Below, piece after piece: positions 19,089 through 28,322 of a stretch of 64,000 nucleotides of DNA (its first letter is position 1; each line of letters starts with the position of its first letter). Below the pieces are notes generated by a model. The model was given only the letters and a program-made list of their open reading frames with translations, was not told the origin of the DNA and did not search any database. Location: positions 417-64,416 of the forward strand of contig JBKDBG010000033.1 in assembly GCA_046314755.1 (NCBI GenBank). Direction: 5' to 3'. Made by a program: the position numbers and the translations under genes. The stretch comes from Bacteroidota bacterium. Lineage in GTDB: Bacteria > Bacteroidota > Bacteroidia > UKL13-3.

Positions 19089-20078
19089 ATGTACGGAAAC
19101 GCTTATATCGATCCAAATGAAAAACCAAAATCAATTATTGATGGTGAGGATCCAATTAAATTAGCCGAATTTGAAGCTCGTATTGCCCGTGGAGAAAAAA
19201 TTGAACCTAAAGACTGGATGCCCAAAGAGTATCGCAAGCAACTCATTCGCATGATTGAGCAACATGCACACTCCGAAATTATTGGTGCATTGCCGGAAGG
19301 AACATGGATTACCCGTGCTCCGGGCTTTAAACGCAAGTTGGCTTTAATGGCCAAGGTGCAAGATGAAGTTGGTCACGCACAATTGTTATACAGCGCGGCA
19401 GAAACCTTAGGTAAAAGCCGCGAAGCCATGATTAATGATTTAATCACGGGAAAATCAAAATACTCAAACGTATTTAATTATCCTGCATTTACTTGGGCTG
19501 ATGCCTGTATTATTGCTTGGTTAATTGATGCAGGGGCTATCATTAATCAAGTGGCAAATGCCAAAGGTAGTTATGGACCATACGGCCGTGCCTTGGATCG
19601 TATCTGTACAGAAGAAAGTTTTCATTTAAAATATGGACACGACAATGTTGTAACACTTGCAACCGGAACTGCTACGCAACGTAAAATGGTTCAGGAGGCA
19701 TTAAACCGTTGGTGGCCACCAATTATGCATTTCTTCGGACCAAGTGATAAAATTTCTAATCATACAGAAATTTTAATGCGCTGGAAAGTGAAAATGGCAA
19801 CCAATGACGATATGCGCCAGCAATTTTTAAATATGTATGTGCCAAAAATTTGGGATTTAGGTTTAACGGTTCCTGACACAAATCTTCGCAAGAATGAAGA
19901 AACCGGTAAATGGGAATATACCGAACCGGATTGGGATGAATTTAAGCGTGTAATCAATGGCGATGGCCCATGCAATGCCGAGCGTTTAGCCGTGCGCAGA
20001 AATGCGGAAGAACGCGGCCGTTGGGTTCGTGAAGCGTTAAACACAGCCCAATCAAAATATGTAGTTCCGTTGGCATAA
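19089..20078 (+). CDS. paaA: 1,2-phenylacetyl-CoA epoxidase catalytic subunit PaaA
   Basis: Di-iron ferritin-like motifs ([29 protein letters not shown]). It is followed by paaB, paaC and paaD. Confidence 0.9.
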   Translation: MYGNAYIDPNEKPKSIIDGEDPIKLAEFEARIARGEKIEPKDWMPKEYRKQLIRMIEQHAHSEIIGALPEGTWITRAPGFKRKLALMAKVQDEVGHAQLLYSAAETLGKSREAMINDLITGKSKYSNVFNYPAFTWADACIIAWLIDAGAIINQVANAKGSYGPYGRALDRICTEESFHLKYGHDNVVTLATGTATQRKMVQEALNRWWPPIMHFFGPSDKISNHTEILMRWKVKMATNDDMRQQFLNMYVPKIWDLGLTVPDTNLRKNEETGKWEYTEPDWDEFKRVINGDGPCNAERLAVRRNAEERGRWVREALNTAQSKYVVPLA

Positions 20079-20083
20079 AATCT

Positions 20084-20170
20084 CTTTGCGAACTTTGTGT
20101 ATTCGATTTGTGCACTTTGTGGTAAAAACAGTAAACCACAAAGTGCGCTAAGATTTCACAAAGCACACGA
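20084..20170. repeat. Imperfect palindromic intergenic element between paaA and paaB
   Basis: Perfect 11-bp stem GCACTTTGTGG (20112-20122) / CCACAAAGTGC (20136-20146) with a 13-nt loop, plus an outer CTTTGTG (20093-20099) / CACAAAG (20157-20163) pair. Confidence 0.6.
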
Positions 20171-20193
20171 AGAAAATAATAATATTAGAATCA

Positions 20194-20574
20194 ATGATCA
20201 AATCCTTAGACCCGCGTGTTACACGCGAACAAATAGAATTGGATAACCAGATTGCTCCGTTACAGGAACTGGACCAATGGGAAACATATGAAGTGTTCCA
20301 TCAAAAAAAACGTGGCGACCAACACTTGCATGTGGGTATTGTGCACGCCCCAAATCCTGAAATGGCGCTGTTGTTTGGTAAAGAACAATATGGCCGCAGA
20401 GGAATAACAGCCAATATTTGGGTAGTAAAAACCGCGAACGTTTTTGCCAGCGAATACGAAGACCAGGACATTTTTGAAACTGTTCCCGAAAAACAATACC
20501 GCGAAGCCGGAGGCTATAAAGTGATGGAGAAAATTAATAAGTACAAAAAGGAAAACAAGGAATTAAAAGATTAA
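20194..20574 (+). CDS. paaB: 1,2-phenylacetyl-CoA epoxidase subunit PaaB
   Basis: WETYEVFHQKKRGDQHLHVGIVHAPNPEMAL is the conserved PaaB core. Its position after paaA fits. Confidence 0.9.
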   Translation: MIKSLDPRVTREQIELDNQIAPLQELDQWETYEVFHQKKRGDQHLHVGIVHAPNPEMALLFGKEQYGRRGITANIWVVKTANVFASEYEDQDIFETVPEKQYREAGGYKVMEKINKYKKENKELKD

Positions 20575-20580
20575 AAGATT
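20566..20580. repeat. Left terminal inverted repeat of the four-helix-bundle cassette
   Basis: AAAGATTAAAAGATT is the exact reverse complement of 21006-21020. It overlaps the paaB stop codon (20572-20574). A third AAAGATT lies at 20591-20597. Confidence 0.7.
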
Positions 20581-20615
20581 GTAAAAATTGAAAGATTATT
20601 TCGAGCAAAACAATC

Positions 20616-20996
20616 ATGAATAAGATACAACGGTTTGAAGATTTGGATGTTTGGCAAAAATCAGCTGCCTTATACAAGAATATATCAGTATTGTGTGAAC
20701 AAGGCAAACTTAAAAACGACCTTACAGCTAAAGACCAGTTGAAACGAGCCGCTCTATCTATATCAAACAATATTGCTGAAGGATATGAATACGAAAACAA
20801 TTTACAATTCATACGTTTTTTGAAATATGCAAAAGGTTCAGCAGGCGAATTAAGAAGTATGATTTCAATTCTGTATGAATGTGAACTGATTGGGGAAACT
20901 CAGTCAAAAAAAGTCATTCAAGATGTCACATTCATATCTCAGTCGATAAAAAACTTTATGAAGTATTTAGTCAATCATTACCAATCAACGAAATAA
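20616..20996 (+). CDS. Four-helix-bundle protein (23S rRNA intervening-sequence protein / Avd-like family)
   Basis: FEDLDVWQKS...DQLKRAALSISNNIAEGYE...FLKYAKGSAGELRS matches the family signature closely. Confidence 0.9.
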   Translation: MNKIQRFEDLDVWQKSAALYKNISVLCEQGKLKNDLTAKDQLKRAALSISNNIAEGYEYENNLQFIRFLKYAKGSAGELRSMISILYECELIGETQSKKVIQDVTFISQSIKNFMKYLVNHYQSTK

Positions 20997-21005
20997 ATCA
21001 CAACC

Positions 21006-21020
21006 AATCTTTTAATCTTT
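21006..21020. repeat. Right terminal inverted repeat of the four-helix-bundle cassette
   Basis: AATCTTTTAATCTTT, followed by further AATCTT(T) units up to 21037. Confidence 0.7.
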
Positions 21021-21050
21021 CAATCTTCAAATCTTTAAATAATTACAAAA

Positions 21051-21800
21051 ATGAACCACATCAAAGAATTATTATATAAAATGGCTGATGATTTATTAAT
21101 CATTGGTCACCGCAATAGCGAATGGACAGGCCTTGGGCCAATATTGGAAGAAGACATTGCTTTTTCTTCTATGGCACAAGATAAGATTGGACAGTCGCAA
21201 GCGATATTTCAATTGTTGCATGAATTAGGAGAACAAGAACCCGATACTGTTGCCTTTACACGCAATGCCAATCAGTTTCATAATGCGGTATTTACCGAGT
21301 TACCCAATGGTGATTATGCGTTCAGCACCATGCGTCATTTTTTGTATGATGTAGCCGATCAATTGCGTTTTGAAATGTTGGCCAATTCATCTTACGAACC
21401 TTTAGCAAAAGTATCACGCAAAGTAAAAGGTGAGTTAAAATATCATGTTTTTCATGCCAATACCTGGATTACAAAATTAGGCGCAGCCACAGAAGAAAGC
21501 CATGCCCGCATGCAAACTGCTTTAAATGAATGTTGGAATTATGCGTTGGGAATGTTTGAAGAAAGTGAATACGAAAAGCAACTCATCAGCGAAAAAATAT
21601 TTGATGGAGAGGCTGAATTGCAAAAACGCTGGTTAGGTGCCATTTCACCTATTCTTACTAAAGCTACATTAACAATTCCGAATGAATCAACCTGGCAGGC
21701 ACAAATGGGCGGAAGAAAAGGCATACACACCGAGCACTTACAACCTTTATTAGATGAGATGAGTGAAGTGTTTAAAATAGATCCGACTGCCGAGTGGTAA
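21051..21800 (+). CDS. paaC: 1,2-phenylacetyl-CoA epoxidase subunit PaaC
   Basis: N-terminus LLYKMADDLLIIGHRNSEWTGLGPILEEDIAFSSMAQDKIGQ is typical of PaaC (PaaI in the older nomenclature). Operon context agrees. Confidence 0.85.
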   Translation: MNHIKELLYKMADDLLIIGHRNSEWTGLGPILEEDIAFSSMAQDKIGQSQAIFQLLHELGEQEPDTVAFTRNANQFHNAVFTELPNGDYAFSTMRHFLYDVADQLRFEMLANSSYEPLAKVSRKVKGELKYHVFHANTWITKLGAATEESHARMQTALNECWNYALGMFEESEYEKQLISEKIFDGEAELQKRWLGAISPILTKATLTIPNESTWQAQMGGRKGIHTEHLQPLLDEMSEVFKIDPTAEW

Positions 21801-21849
21801 ATCAATAACCAATAATAACAGCCTCGTAATAACAAACCTGCAATAAAGA

Positions 21850-22335
21850 ATGCTAAGCGAAACGCAAATATGGCAAGCCCTTGAGGTGGTAAAAGACCCT
21901 GAAATTCCAACATTAAGTATGGTGGATATGGGTATTATCACCAAAGTAGAAGTACGTGGCGAAAGCGATGTATTTGTGGAAATGACACCTACGTTTTCGG
22001 GATGCCCCGCTATTAAAATGATGGAAGGCATGGTTGCCGAACGCTTAAAAGAAATAGGCATTAAAAAGGTGGAAGTGGTAACCACATTTGATAAACCCTG
22101 GAACAGCAACAAACTCACCGAGCGTGGCCTGATGTGTTTAAAAAAGCATGGATTGGCTCCACCCGTTAAGCATGAAGGAGAGGTAACACAAGAATTGTTA
22201 GAACATACTGAATGCCCTTTTTGCGGAAGCAAAAATACAGAAATGAAATCACCGTTTGGCCCAACCCTTTGCCGCAGTATGCATTATTGCAATAATTGCT
22301 TGCAAGCCTTTGAAGGGTTTAAGCCGGTGGTGTAA
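21850..22335 (+). CDS. paaD: 1,2-phenylacetyl-CoA epoxidase subunit PaaD
   Basis: DUF59/MIP18-like N-terminal domain (VKDPEIPTLSMVDMGII) and a C-terminal Cys4 ribbon CPFCGS...CNNC. Confidence 0.85.
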   Translation: MLSETQIWQALEVVKDPEIPTLSMVDMGIITKVEVRGESDVFVEMTPTFSGCPAIKMMEGMVAERLKEIGIKKVEVVTTFDKPWNSNKLTERGLMCLKKHGLAPPVKHEGEVTQELLEHTECPFCGSKNTEMKSPFGPTLCRSMHYCNNCLQAFEGFKPVV

Positions 22336-22386
22336 ATAACCGAATTGTTTATTTGTGCATAAAGTTCGCATGAAGGATGTTTAGTT

Positions 22387-22941
22387 TTGTCCGTGCAATT
22401 TTTAATTCATCATTATCCAAGCAGAGTACTAACTTATTTGCTTATCATAAGCATGTTGTTGTTTTCATGCAGAAGTAAAAAAGAAACGACAGCACCTTCA
22501 CCAAAGAAAAAATCTAAGCAATTAGAACAATTAAGCACCAAACTTAATTTAGAAGTTGAGAAAGAAGATAACTTCAACCTATACCAATACGTTGGCGAAT
22601 GGTTAGGCACACCCCATCAATTAGGAAGTTGCCAAAAATCGGCCATTGATTGTTCTTGCTTTGTGCTGCAGTTGTATGAATCGGTATATGGAATAAAACT
22701 GCCTCGTACCGCTTCAGAAATGTTTAAGCAATCAAATCCCATTGAACGAAATAAATTGGATGAAGGAGATTTGGTTTTCTTTTCCATCAAATCAAGCAAA
22801 GTATCACATGTTGGTATCTACCTCAAACAAGGTTGGTTTGCGCATGTAAGCACTTCAAAAGGTGTAATGATTAATAATTTAGAAGAAGGTTATTATCAAA
22901 AGTATTTTACGGGTGGCGGGCGTTATGGTAACCGCGATTAA
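22387..22941 (+). CDS. NlpC/P60 (C40) family cell-wall peptidase lipoprotein
   Basis: Lipobox LLFSC, catalytic Cys in AIDCSCFV and His in SHVGIYL. The start is uncertain (TTG at 22387 in the track). Confidence 0.8.
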   Translation: MSVQFLIHHYPSRVLTYLLIISMLLFSCRSKKETTAPSPKKKSKQLEQLSTKLNLEVEKEDNFNLYQYVGEWLGTPHQLGSCQKSAIDCSCFVLQLYESVYGIKLPRTASEMFKQSNPIERNKLDEGDLVFFSIKSSKVSHVGIYLKQGWFAHVSTSKGVMINNLEEGYYQKYFTGGGRYGNRD

Positions 22942-24641
22942 TTTCTAAAAGAAATATCCTTAATGTTAAGCTGCAAATTCACATGCCCGTTAAAATGATT
23001 CTCCTCTACAGTATAACAAATATCAAAAGAAATGCCTTGTGAAACCTTATCGTAGTACTCTCCCAACCCAAATGCAATGGCTTTAAAAATCCTTCCATCA
23101 CCTTGGGTTAAACTCATTTTTAAGTGGTTGTTTCCAACAATCATTACATCACCTACATCCCAAACATTTTTACTCATAAATACCGGATTTAAGTTACCCG
23201 GACCAAATGGTGAAAACTGTTTTAAAACGGTAAAAAACTTAGGGGAAATGGCACGAAAAGGAATTTCACAATCGTACTCAATTTCTGGTGTGAGGCTTCT
23301 TTCTTTAATATTAGCTGAAACAATTTTTTCAAATCGCTCACTAAACTTTTTTACATTTTCTAAGCGAAGTGTTAAGCCTGCCGCATGCGTGTGTCCACCG
23401 TATTGTTCCAACAAATCAGCACATTCTTCAATAGCGCTGTATAAATCAAATCCATCCACCGAACGCGCACTTCCTGTTGCCATTCCGTTGCTTTCTGTTA
23501 AAATAATGGTTGGTCTATAATATCGTTCAATTAATCGTGAAGCTACAATACCAATTACGCCTTTATGCCACTCATTATTAAATAGCACGGTTGATTTTCG
23601 TTGCGCAAATTGCTCATCTTGCTCAATCAATTCAAAAGCATGTTGGGTGATGTTGGAGTCAAAGTTTCTACGCTCATCATTATGATGGTTTACCAACTCC
23701 GCAATTTGTTTTGCATTTTCATAATCATTACTGGTCATTAATCGTACGGCATCTTTTGCATCAGCAATTCTTCCGGCAGCATTAATACGCGGACCAATAA
23801 AAAACACAATATCACTTACACCATAGGAAGGCTTATCGGCATACGATTCCAATAAAGCTCTAAGTCCTTTATTTGGGTTTGATTTCAACTTTCGTAACCC
23901 ATAATGAACAAGAATACGGTTCTCATCTAAAATAGGCACCAGATCGGCTGCAATACTAACAGCTGCCAGATCAATGTATTGTTCTACTTCTGCAAAAGGT
24001 ATTTGATGTTGAATGGAGTAGCCATGAATTAATTTAAATCCGATACCACAACCTGAAAGTTCTTTAAACGGATAGGTACACTCTTTTTGTTTCGGATTTA
24101 AAATCGCAACAGCATCCGGCAATTCATCACCCGGCAAATGGTGGTCGCAAATAATAAACTCAATTTTACGCTTGTGTGCGTACTGAATTTTATCTACCGA
24201 TTTAATGCCGCAATCAAGTGCAATAATTAATTTAAAACCGTTAGAATAAGCCCAATCAATACCATTAAATGAAATACCATAACCTTCGGTATACCTGTCG
24301 GGAATGTAAAAATCAACATTAGGATAGCGGGCTTTAAAAAACGCATATACCGTGGCTACCGATGTGGTTCCGTCCACGTCATAGTCGCCATAAATGAGTA
24401 TTTTTTCGTTATTGGCAATGGCTGCATCAATGCGTTCAATAGCTTTTTGCATCCCAAGCATTAAAAAGGGATCATGCAAATCAGTATACTGCGGACGAAA
24501 AAACTTTTTGGCCGTTTCAAAATTATCGATACCCCGCTGTACCAAAATACCTGATAGTATTTTGTTTACATTAATTGCCGTTGAAAGTTGTTCAACGGTT
24601 TGCTTGTCAGCCTCATTTTTTTTAGTCCAGCGTTTTACCAT
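22938..24641 (-). CDS. recJ: Single-stranded-DNA-specific exonuclease RecJ
   Basis: DHH motifs (IYGDYDVDGTTS, ALDCGI, ICDHH) and a DHHA1 motif (GGHTHAAG). The start is ATG 24641, or 24674 in the track. Confidence 0.9.
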   Translation of the reverse strand: MVKRWTKKNEADKQTVEQLSTAINVNKILSGILVQRGIDNFETAKKFFRPQYTDLHDPFLMLGMQKAIERIDAAIANNEKILIYGDYDVDGTTSVATVYAFFKARYPNVDFYIPDRYTEGYGISFNGIDWAYSNGFKLIIALDCGIKSVDKIQYAHKRKIEFIICDHHLPGDELPDAVAILNPKQKECTYPFKELSGCGIGFKLIHGYSIQHQIPFAEVEQYIDLAAVSIAADLVPILDENRILVHYGLRKLKSNPNKGLRALLESYADKPSYGVSDIVFFIGPRINAAGRIADAKDAVRLMTSNDYENAKQIAELVNHHNDERRNFDSNITQHAFELIEQDEQFAQRKSTVLFNNEWHKGVIGIVASRLIERYYRPTIILTESNGMATGSARSVDGFDLYSAIEECADLLEQYGGHTHAAGLTLRLENVKKFSERFEKIVSANIKERSLTPEIEYDCEIPFRAISPKFFTVLKQFSPFGPGNLNPVFMSKNVWDVGDVMIVGNNHLKMSLTQGDGRIFKAIAFGLGEYYDKVSQGISFDICYTVEENHFNGHVNLQLNIKDISFRN

Positions 24642-24697
24642 TTTACCAATTGCGAAAATATCAAAAATCGGCAAATTAGTTCGGATTGATTTATGAG

Positions 24698-25810
24698 TTA
24701 TTCAACCCAATCCGCAATAAACACGTTGGTATCGCGGGTTCCGCCATTGTTTCGGTTTGATGAAAAAACTATTTTTTTTCCATCTGGCGAAAACATTGGA
24801 AAAGCATTAAATTGACTTTCGAAAGTGATTTGTTCCAAGTTGGTTCCATCAATGTTAACCATAAACAACTGAAAGTCATATCCCTTTGCGCTGTGATGAT
24901 TAGAAGAAAAGATGATTTTTTTACCTGAAGGGTGAAAAAAGGGAGCCCAATTGGCTTTACCAAGCATTGTGATTTGTTTTAAGTCTGATCCATCCACATT
25001 CATGGTAAAAATTTCCATGTTGGTTGGCGCAACAAGTCCTTTAACTAACAATGCTTTGTATTCAACAGTATCGGCACCTTGAGGGCGGCTTGCTCTAAAC
25101 ACAATTTTAGATCCGTCAGGCGAAAAAAATGCACCACCATCATAGCCAAGTGTATTGGTTAATCGTTTTACATTTTTACCGTTAATGTCCATAATATATA
25201 AATCCAAATCACCATCACGCATAGAGGTGAACAGTATTTTATCGCCTTGAGGAGATACTACTGCCTCGGCATCGTATCCCGGTGAATTGGTAAGCTGTTT
25301 GAAAGATTTTCCTTTTTCATCACCAATAAAAATATCATAATCCGGGTGGATTGACCATAGGTATCGGCCATTTTTTTCAGGCTCTTGCGGACAGTTAACC
25401 CCACCTTTAAATGTAGAAGCAAAAATGATTCGTTTGTTATCATTCATGTAATAGCTGCAGGTGGTGCGGCCTTGTCCGTTGCTCACCATTAAAGGCTGAT
25501 ACACGTGGTTATCTGCAGCCTCCTCAATATTCATCCAAAAAATTTGGTCACACTTCAACCCCCATGCCGGATTATTACTTTGAAAACAAAGTTTGGTTCC
25601 ATCAAAACTAAAATAAGCTTCTGCATTATCACCACCAAAAGTGAGTTGACGTAAGTTCGTAAAATGCGTTTCTCTATCCGATTGCACCACCATTTCATCC
25701 TCTTCCGGGTGATTCACAACACTATTCGATTCAATACTGGCCATTTCTTGAGCAACACAAAATGGAAGTGTAGATATTACTGCGGCCGTTGTTAAAACAA
25801 ACTTCATCAT
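24698..25810 (-). CDS. TolB-like PD40 beta-propeller periplasmic protein
   Basis: Signal peptide, then repeated PD40 motifs (SPDGSKIVFRASR, SPDGKKIVFSSNR, HPSGKKIIFSSN). Confidence 0.8.
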   Translation of the reverse strand: MMKFVLTTAAVISTLPFCVAQEMASIESNSVVNHPEEDEMVVQSDRETHFTNLRQLTFGGDNAEAYFSFDGTKLCFQSNNPAWGLKCDQIFWMNIEEAADNHVYQPLMVSNGQGRTTCSYYMNDNKRIIFASTFKGGVNCPQEPEKNGRYLWSIHPDYDIFIGDEKGKSFKQLTNSPGYDAEAVVSPQGDKILFTSMRDGDLDLYIMDINGKNVKRLTNTLGYDGGAFFSPDGSKIVFRASRPQGADTVEYKALLVKGLVAPTNMEIFTMNVDGSDLKQITMLGKANWAPFFHPSGKKIIFSSNHHSAKGYDFQLFMVNIDGTNLEQITFESQFNAFPMFSPDGKKIVFSSNRNNGGTRDTNVFIADWVE

Positions 25811-25872
25811 ACCGCGCAAGTAAATAAATGATTGGTTGAGGTTATCCCCAATTTATAAATAGTTGTGAATAG

Positions 25873-26157
25873 TTACAATTGAAGGTAGGTTTTTAAATCA
25901 TTCACATATTTTTCAAATGCTGCTCTACCTTTAGGGGTTATTTTACAAACGGTTAAGGGATAATTGTCCTTAAAGGTTTTGGTTACGGTAATGTATTCTG
26001 CCTTTTTAAGTTTATCAATTTGTACACTTAAGTTGCCTGCAGTAGCTTTAGTTTTTTCTTTTATATAGGTAAACTCAGCTTCGGCCACACTCACCAGTAA
26101 ACTGACAATGGCCAACCGAAGCTGAGAATGTAATAATGGATCGAGTTCTTTAAACAT
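25873..26157 (-). CDS. Small winged-helix transcriptional regulator
   Basis: 94 aa. LDPLLHSQLRLAIVSLL...GNLSVQIDKLKKAEYI...ITPKGRAAF is a winged-helix pattern. It has an 8-nt overlap with the upstream membrane-protein gene. Confidence 0.7.
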   Translation of the reverse strand: MFKELDPLLHSQLRLAIVSLLVSVAEAEFTYIKEKTKATAGNLSVQIDKLKKAEYITVTKTFKDNYPLTVCKITPKGRAAFEKYVNDLKTYLQL

Positions 26158-26728
26158 TTGAAACAGACCTGCGATTTAATAAATGTCCGGGTATTATAAA
26201 ACCTCCAAGTACACCAAGCGCAATTAAACTTAAATGGAGCAGGGTATTCGGAAAAATAAATCCAATTAAAGCGAGTAGCCAATTTAAGTAGCCGCCAAAC
26301 AGCAATGGTTTAAATTGCAGCAATTTGCCAGATATAAACAGCCATATTGCATACACCATCATAATGGTTGGATAAAATGCTTTCCATTGTGCACCAATTG
26401 GCATGGCAAAACATACCACAAACAATGAAATGCTAAATGCAATTACACAGGCTTGCATACTTTGCGACACATAGGTTTTTACGGCTGATTCCTTTTTTTG
26501 ATCAAAGCGACCTTTTATGGCAGTAACTATTCCACCTAGTGGCATCAATACAACCCAGGAAATGGAATGAAATTCCAATAATTCGTATTTTAATATAACA
26601 ACATTGGTAATTGCGGCCACAAACACCAGCCACCCCCAAAAAAAATAGTAAAAACCATTGTCTTTTATTTCTTGTCGCGTAACGGTAATCATTTCTTCAA
26701 TTACCTTCAATGCTTCTTTTTCATTCAT
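26150..26728 (-). CDS. Multi-pass membrane protein of unknown function
   Basis: Five or six hydrophobic helices. I trimmed the ORF to the ATG at 26728 (MNEKEALKVIEE...) so that it does not overlap the upstream T9SS-substrate gene. Confidence 0.55.
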   Translation of the reverse strand: MNEKEALKVIEEMITVTRQEIKDNGFYYFFWGWLVFVAAITNVVILKYELLEFHSISWVVLMPLGGIVTAIKGRFDQKKESAVKTYVSQSMQACVIAFSISLFVVCFAMPIGAQWKAFYPTIMMVYAIWLFISGKLLQFKPLLFGGYLNWLLALIGFIFPNTLLHLSLIALGVLGGFIIPGHLLNRRSVSNV

Positions 26729-26732
26729 AGGA

Positions 26733-27617
26733 TTAAAGCTTGATAAACTTTTGGTAATATAAATTATTATTGGCTTGAATAGAAATGAAATACACACCAG
26801 CAGGTAAATGGGCAACACTGATTTCATGGTTTGATGGATGAACATCAACTGCATGTTTCTCTCCTGTTATTGATATCACTTCTACATTTTCAATGGTTTC
26901 TTTCCATTGGAGAAGTACTTTATCCTGTGCAGGATTTGGATACAAGGAAATGCTATTATTAGATCCCAAATCGCTAGTTCCGGTGCTGTATTCAATAAAC
27001 AGATCATCAATCCAAAACTTTGATCCCGGAATAGGGTCGAAACCATCTTTACTGCTCGAAAAAATAATGAAAGCCGAATCAGGCTTCTCTGTACTTAGGT
27101 ATTGAAAGTTAATTTTAACCATGGTGTAAATATCCGTGGTGTCATTTGTTTCGAAATCAGCTGTGGCAATGGTATCAGCCTGTTGGGTAGAAGTGTTCCA
27201 TTTGGTTAAAACCATTGCAGCCAAACAAGCATCATTGGGCATTGGTAATGATTTATAATAAAATCCAAAAGCTGCAGGCCTGGCAACAAATGGCACCTTG
27301 GTGTTTGACATATCTGATTCCATACTTTCATTCAAAAGCGGACCCGAGCATAATAAACCAGGTAAATTTTGAAAGGGACTCGCTTTGGTTTCAAGTAAGG
27401 CTGCAAAACCTCCCGAATGTGCATCTGATGATTGGATGGTGCTTTCTTCAAACCCGAACCTTTTTAATGGATTTAAAGTATGCCAAGCAACCGGATTGCT
27501 GTATCCTGAGCCTGATTCCCAAACATCAAGTCCGAATTGAGAAAATAAAGGAGCTGTTTGTGATTTTGCATTTGTGAGTAATCCTATCACACAAATACTG
27601 AGCATTATTTTTTTCAT
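26733..27617 (-). CDS. Secreted protein with a T9SS type-A C-terminal sorting domain
   Basis: Signal peptide MKKIMLSICVIGLL. C-terminus ISLYPNPAQDKVLLQW...LPAGVYFISIQ...YYQKFIKL is the classic Por secretion-tail pattern. Confidence 0.75.
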   Translation of the reverse strand: MKKIMLSICVIGLLTNAKSQTAPLFSQFGLDVWESGSGYSNPVAWHTLNPLKRFGFEESTIQSSDAHSGGFAALLETKASPFQNLPGLLCSGPLLNESMESDMSNTKVPFVARPAAFGFYYKSLPMPNDACLAAMVLTKWNTSTQQADTIATADFETNDTTDIYTMVKINFQYLSTEKPDSAFIIFSSSKDGFDPIPGSKFWIDDLFIEYSTGTSDLGSNNSISLYPNPAQDKVLLQWKETIENVEVISITGEKHAVDVHPSNHEISVAHLPAGVYFISIQANNNLYYQKFIKL

Positions 27618-27683
27618 AAGGAATTTAATTAAGTGCTCCACAAACGTAAACTAGTTTATTTTATAAACCAAATATATTTTTAT

Positions 27684-27706
27684 AAAGCCCTGTTTTAAAG
27701 GGCTTT
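27684..27706 (-). terminator. Weak terminator-like hairpin after the thioredoxin-fold gene
   Basis: AAAGCCC / GGGCTTT stem with a 9-nt loop. There is no clean U-run on the minus strand. Confidence 0.4.
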
Positions 27707-27711
27707 GCATT

Positions 27712-28305
27712 TTACATTAATTTGATAAGTTCATGTTGTTGGTCAATGGTTTTATTGTGTGCATACCAAGTATGGAGTTGCGTTTTCATGTCTTCCACGG
27801 TACCTTGTTGCATTTTCTTAAACTCTAACACCAAATTTTGAGCAGCTGCCGGTCGAGGCCCCCATTTCCAAATTTGTTTACCGTTTAATAAAGCAAAAAC
27901 AATTGGTATAGCTTTGGTGCCATTTGTTAAGTAACGTTCCATTAAATCGGGGTTTTCATCTCTCAACACAATTTTAAAAGTAATATTAGAATTCAACTCA
28001 GCTAAGCGCTGGAAAAGCGGAATATTTTGAGCGGCATCACCGCACCAGGCTTCCGAAATAGCAATCCAAGTTTGTGGCGAATTAATGGCCTTAATCTTTT
28101 GTTCAAGTTCGGGAAGTATTTGAGCTGTTTTATAAATACGCTCCATACGCTGAACATTTAGTTTGGTATAATGCACCAACTCTTCTGTTTGATCAGGACC
28201 GGTTGTTTTATTTTCTGTCAACAAGTCTTTAATTAAATCAAGATACACATTATAGGTTAATCCTTTAACTCCAAAAGGTGTAAAATCAAATGCTTTTTCA
28301 GCCAT
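27712..28305 (-). CDS. Thioredoxin-fold family protein
   Basis: ISEAWCGDAAQNIP is a single-Cys WCGD motif in a thioredoxin-like context. 197 aa. Confidence 0.65.
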   Translation of the reverse strand: MAEKAFDFTPFGVKGLTYNVYLDLIKDLLTENKTTGPDQTEELVHYTKLNVQRMERIYKTAQILPELEQKIKAINSPQTWIAISEAWCGDAAQNIPLFQRLAELNSNITFKIVLRDENPDLMERYLTNGTKAIPIVFALLNGKQIWKWGPRPAAAQNLVLEFKKMQQGTVEDMKTQLHTWYAHNKTIDQQHELIKLM

Positions 28306-28322
28306 ATTGTTTGTCTAATTTA

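Noticed and set aside
21539-22232. Antisense ORFs of 124 and 160 aa opposite paaC/paaD. Similar shadow ORFs include 4406-4708, 23077-23520, 45084-45422, 46245-46565, 48062-48409, 50583-50981 and 54042-54422.
   Set aside because: All lie wholly inside strongly supported genes on the other strand or in another frame. They have no motifs and show biased, Ser/Leu/Cys-rich composition typical of shadow ORFs.
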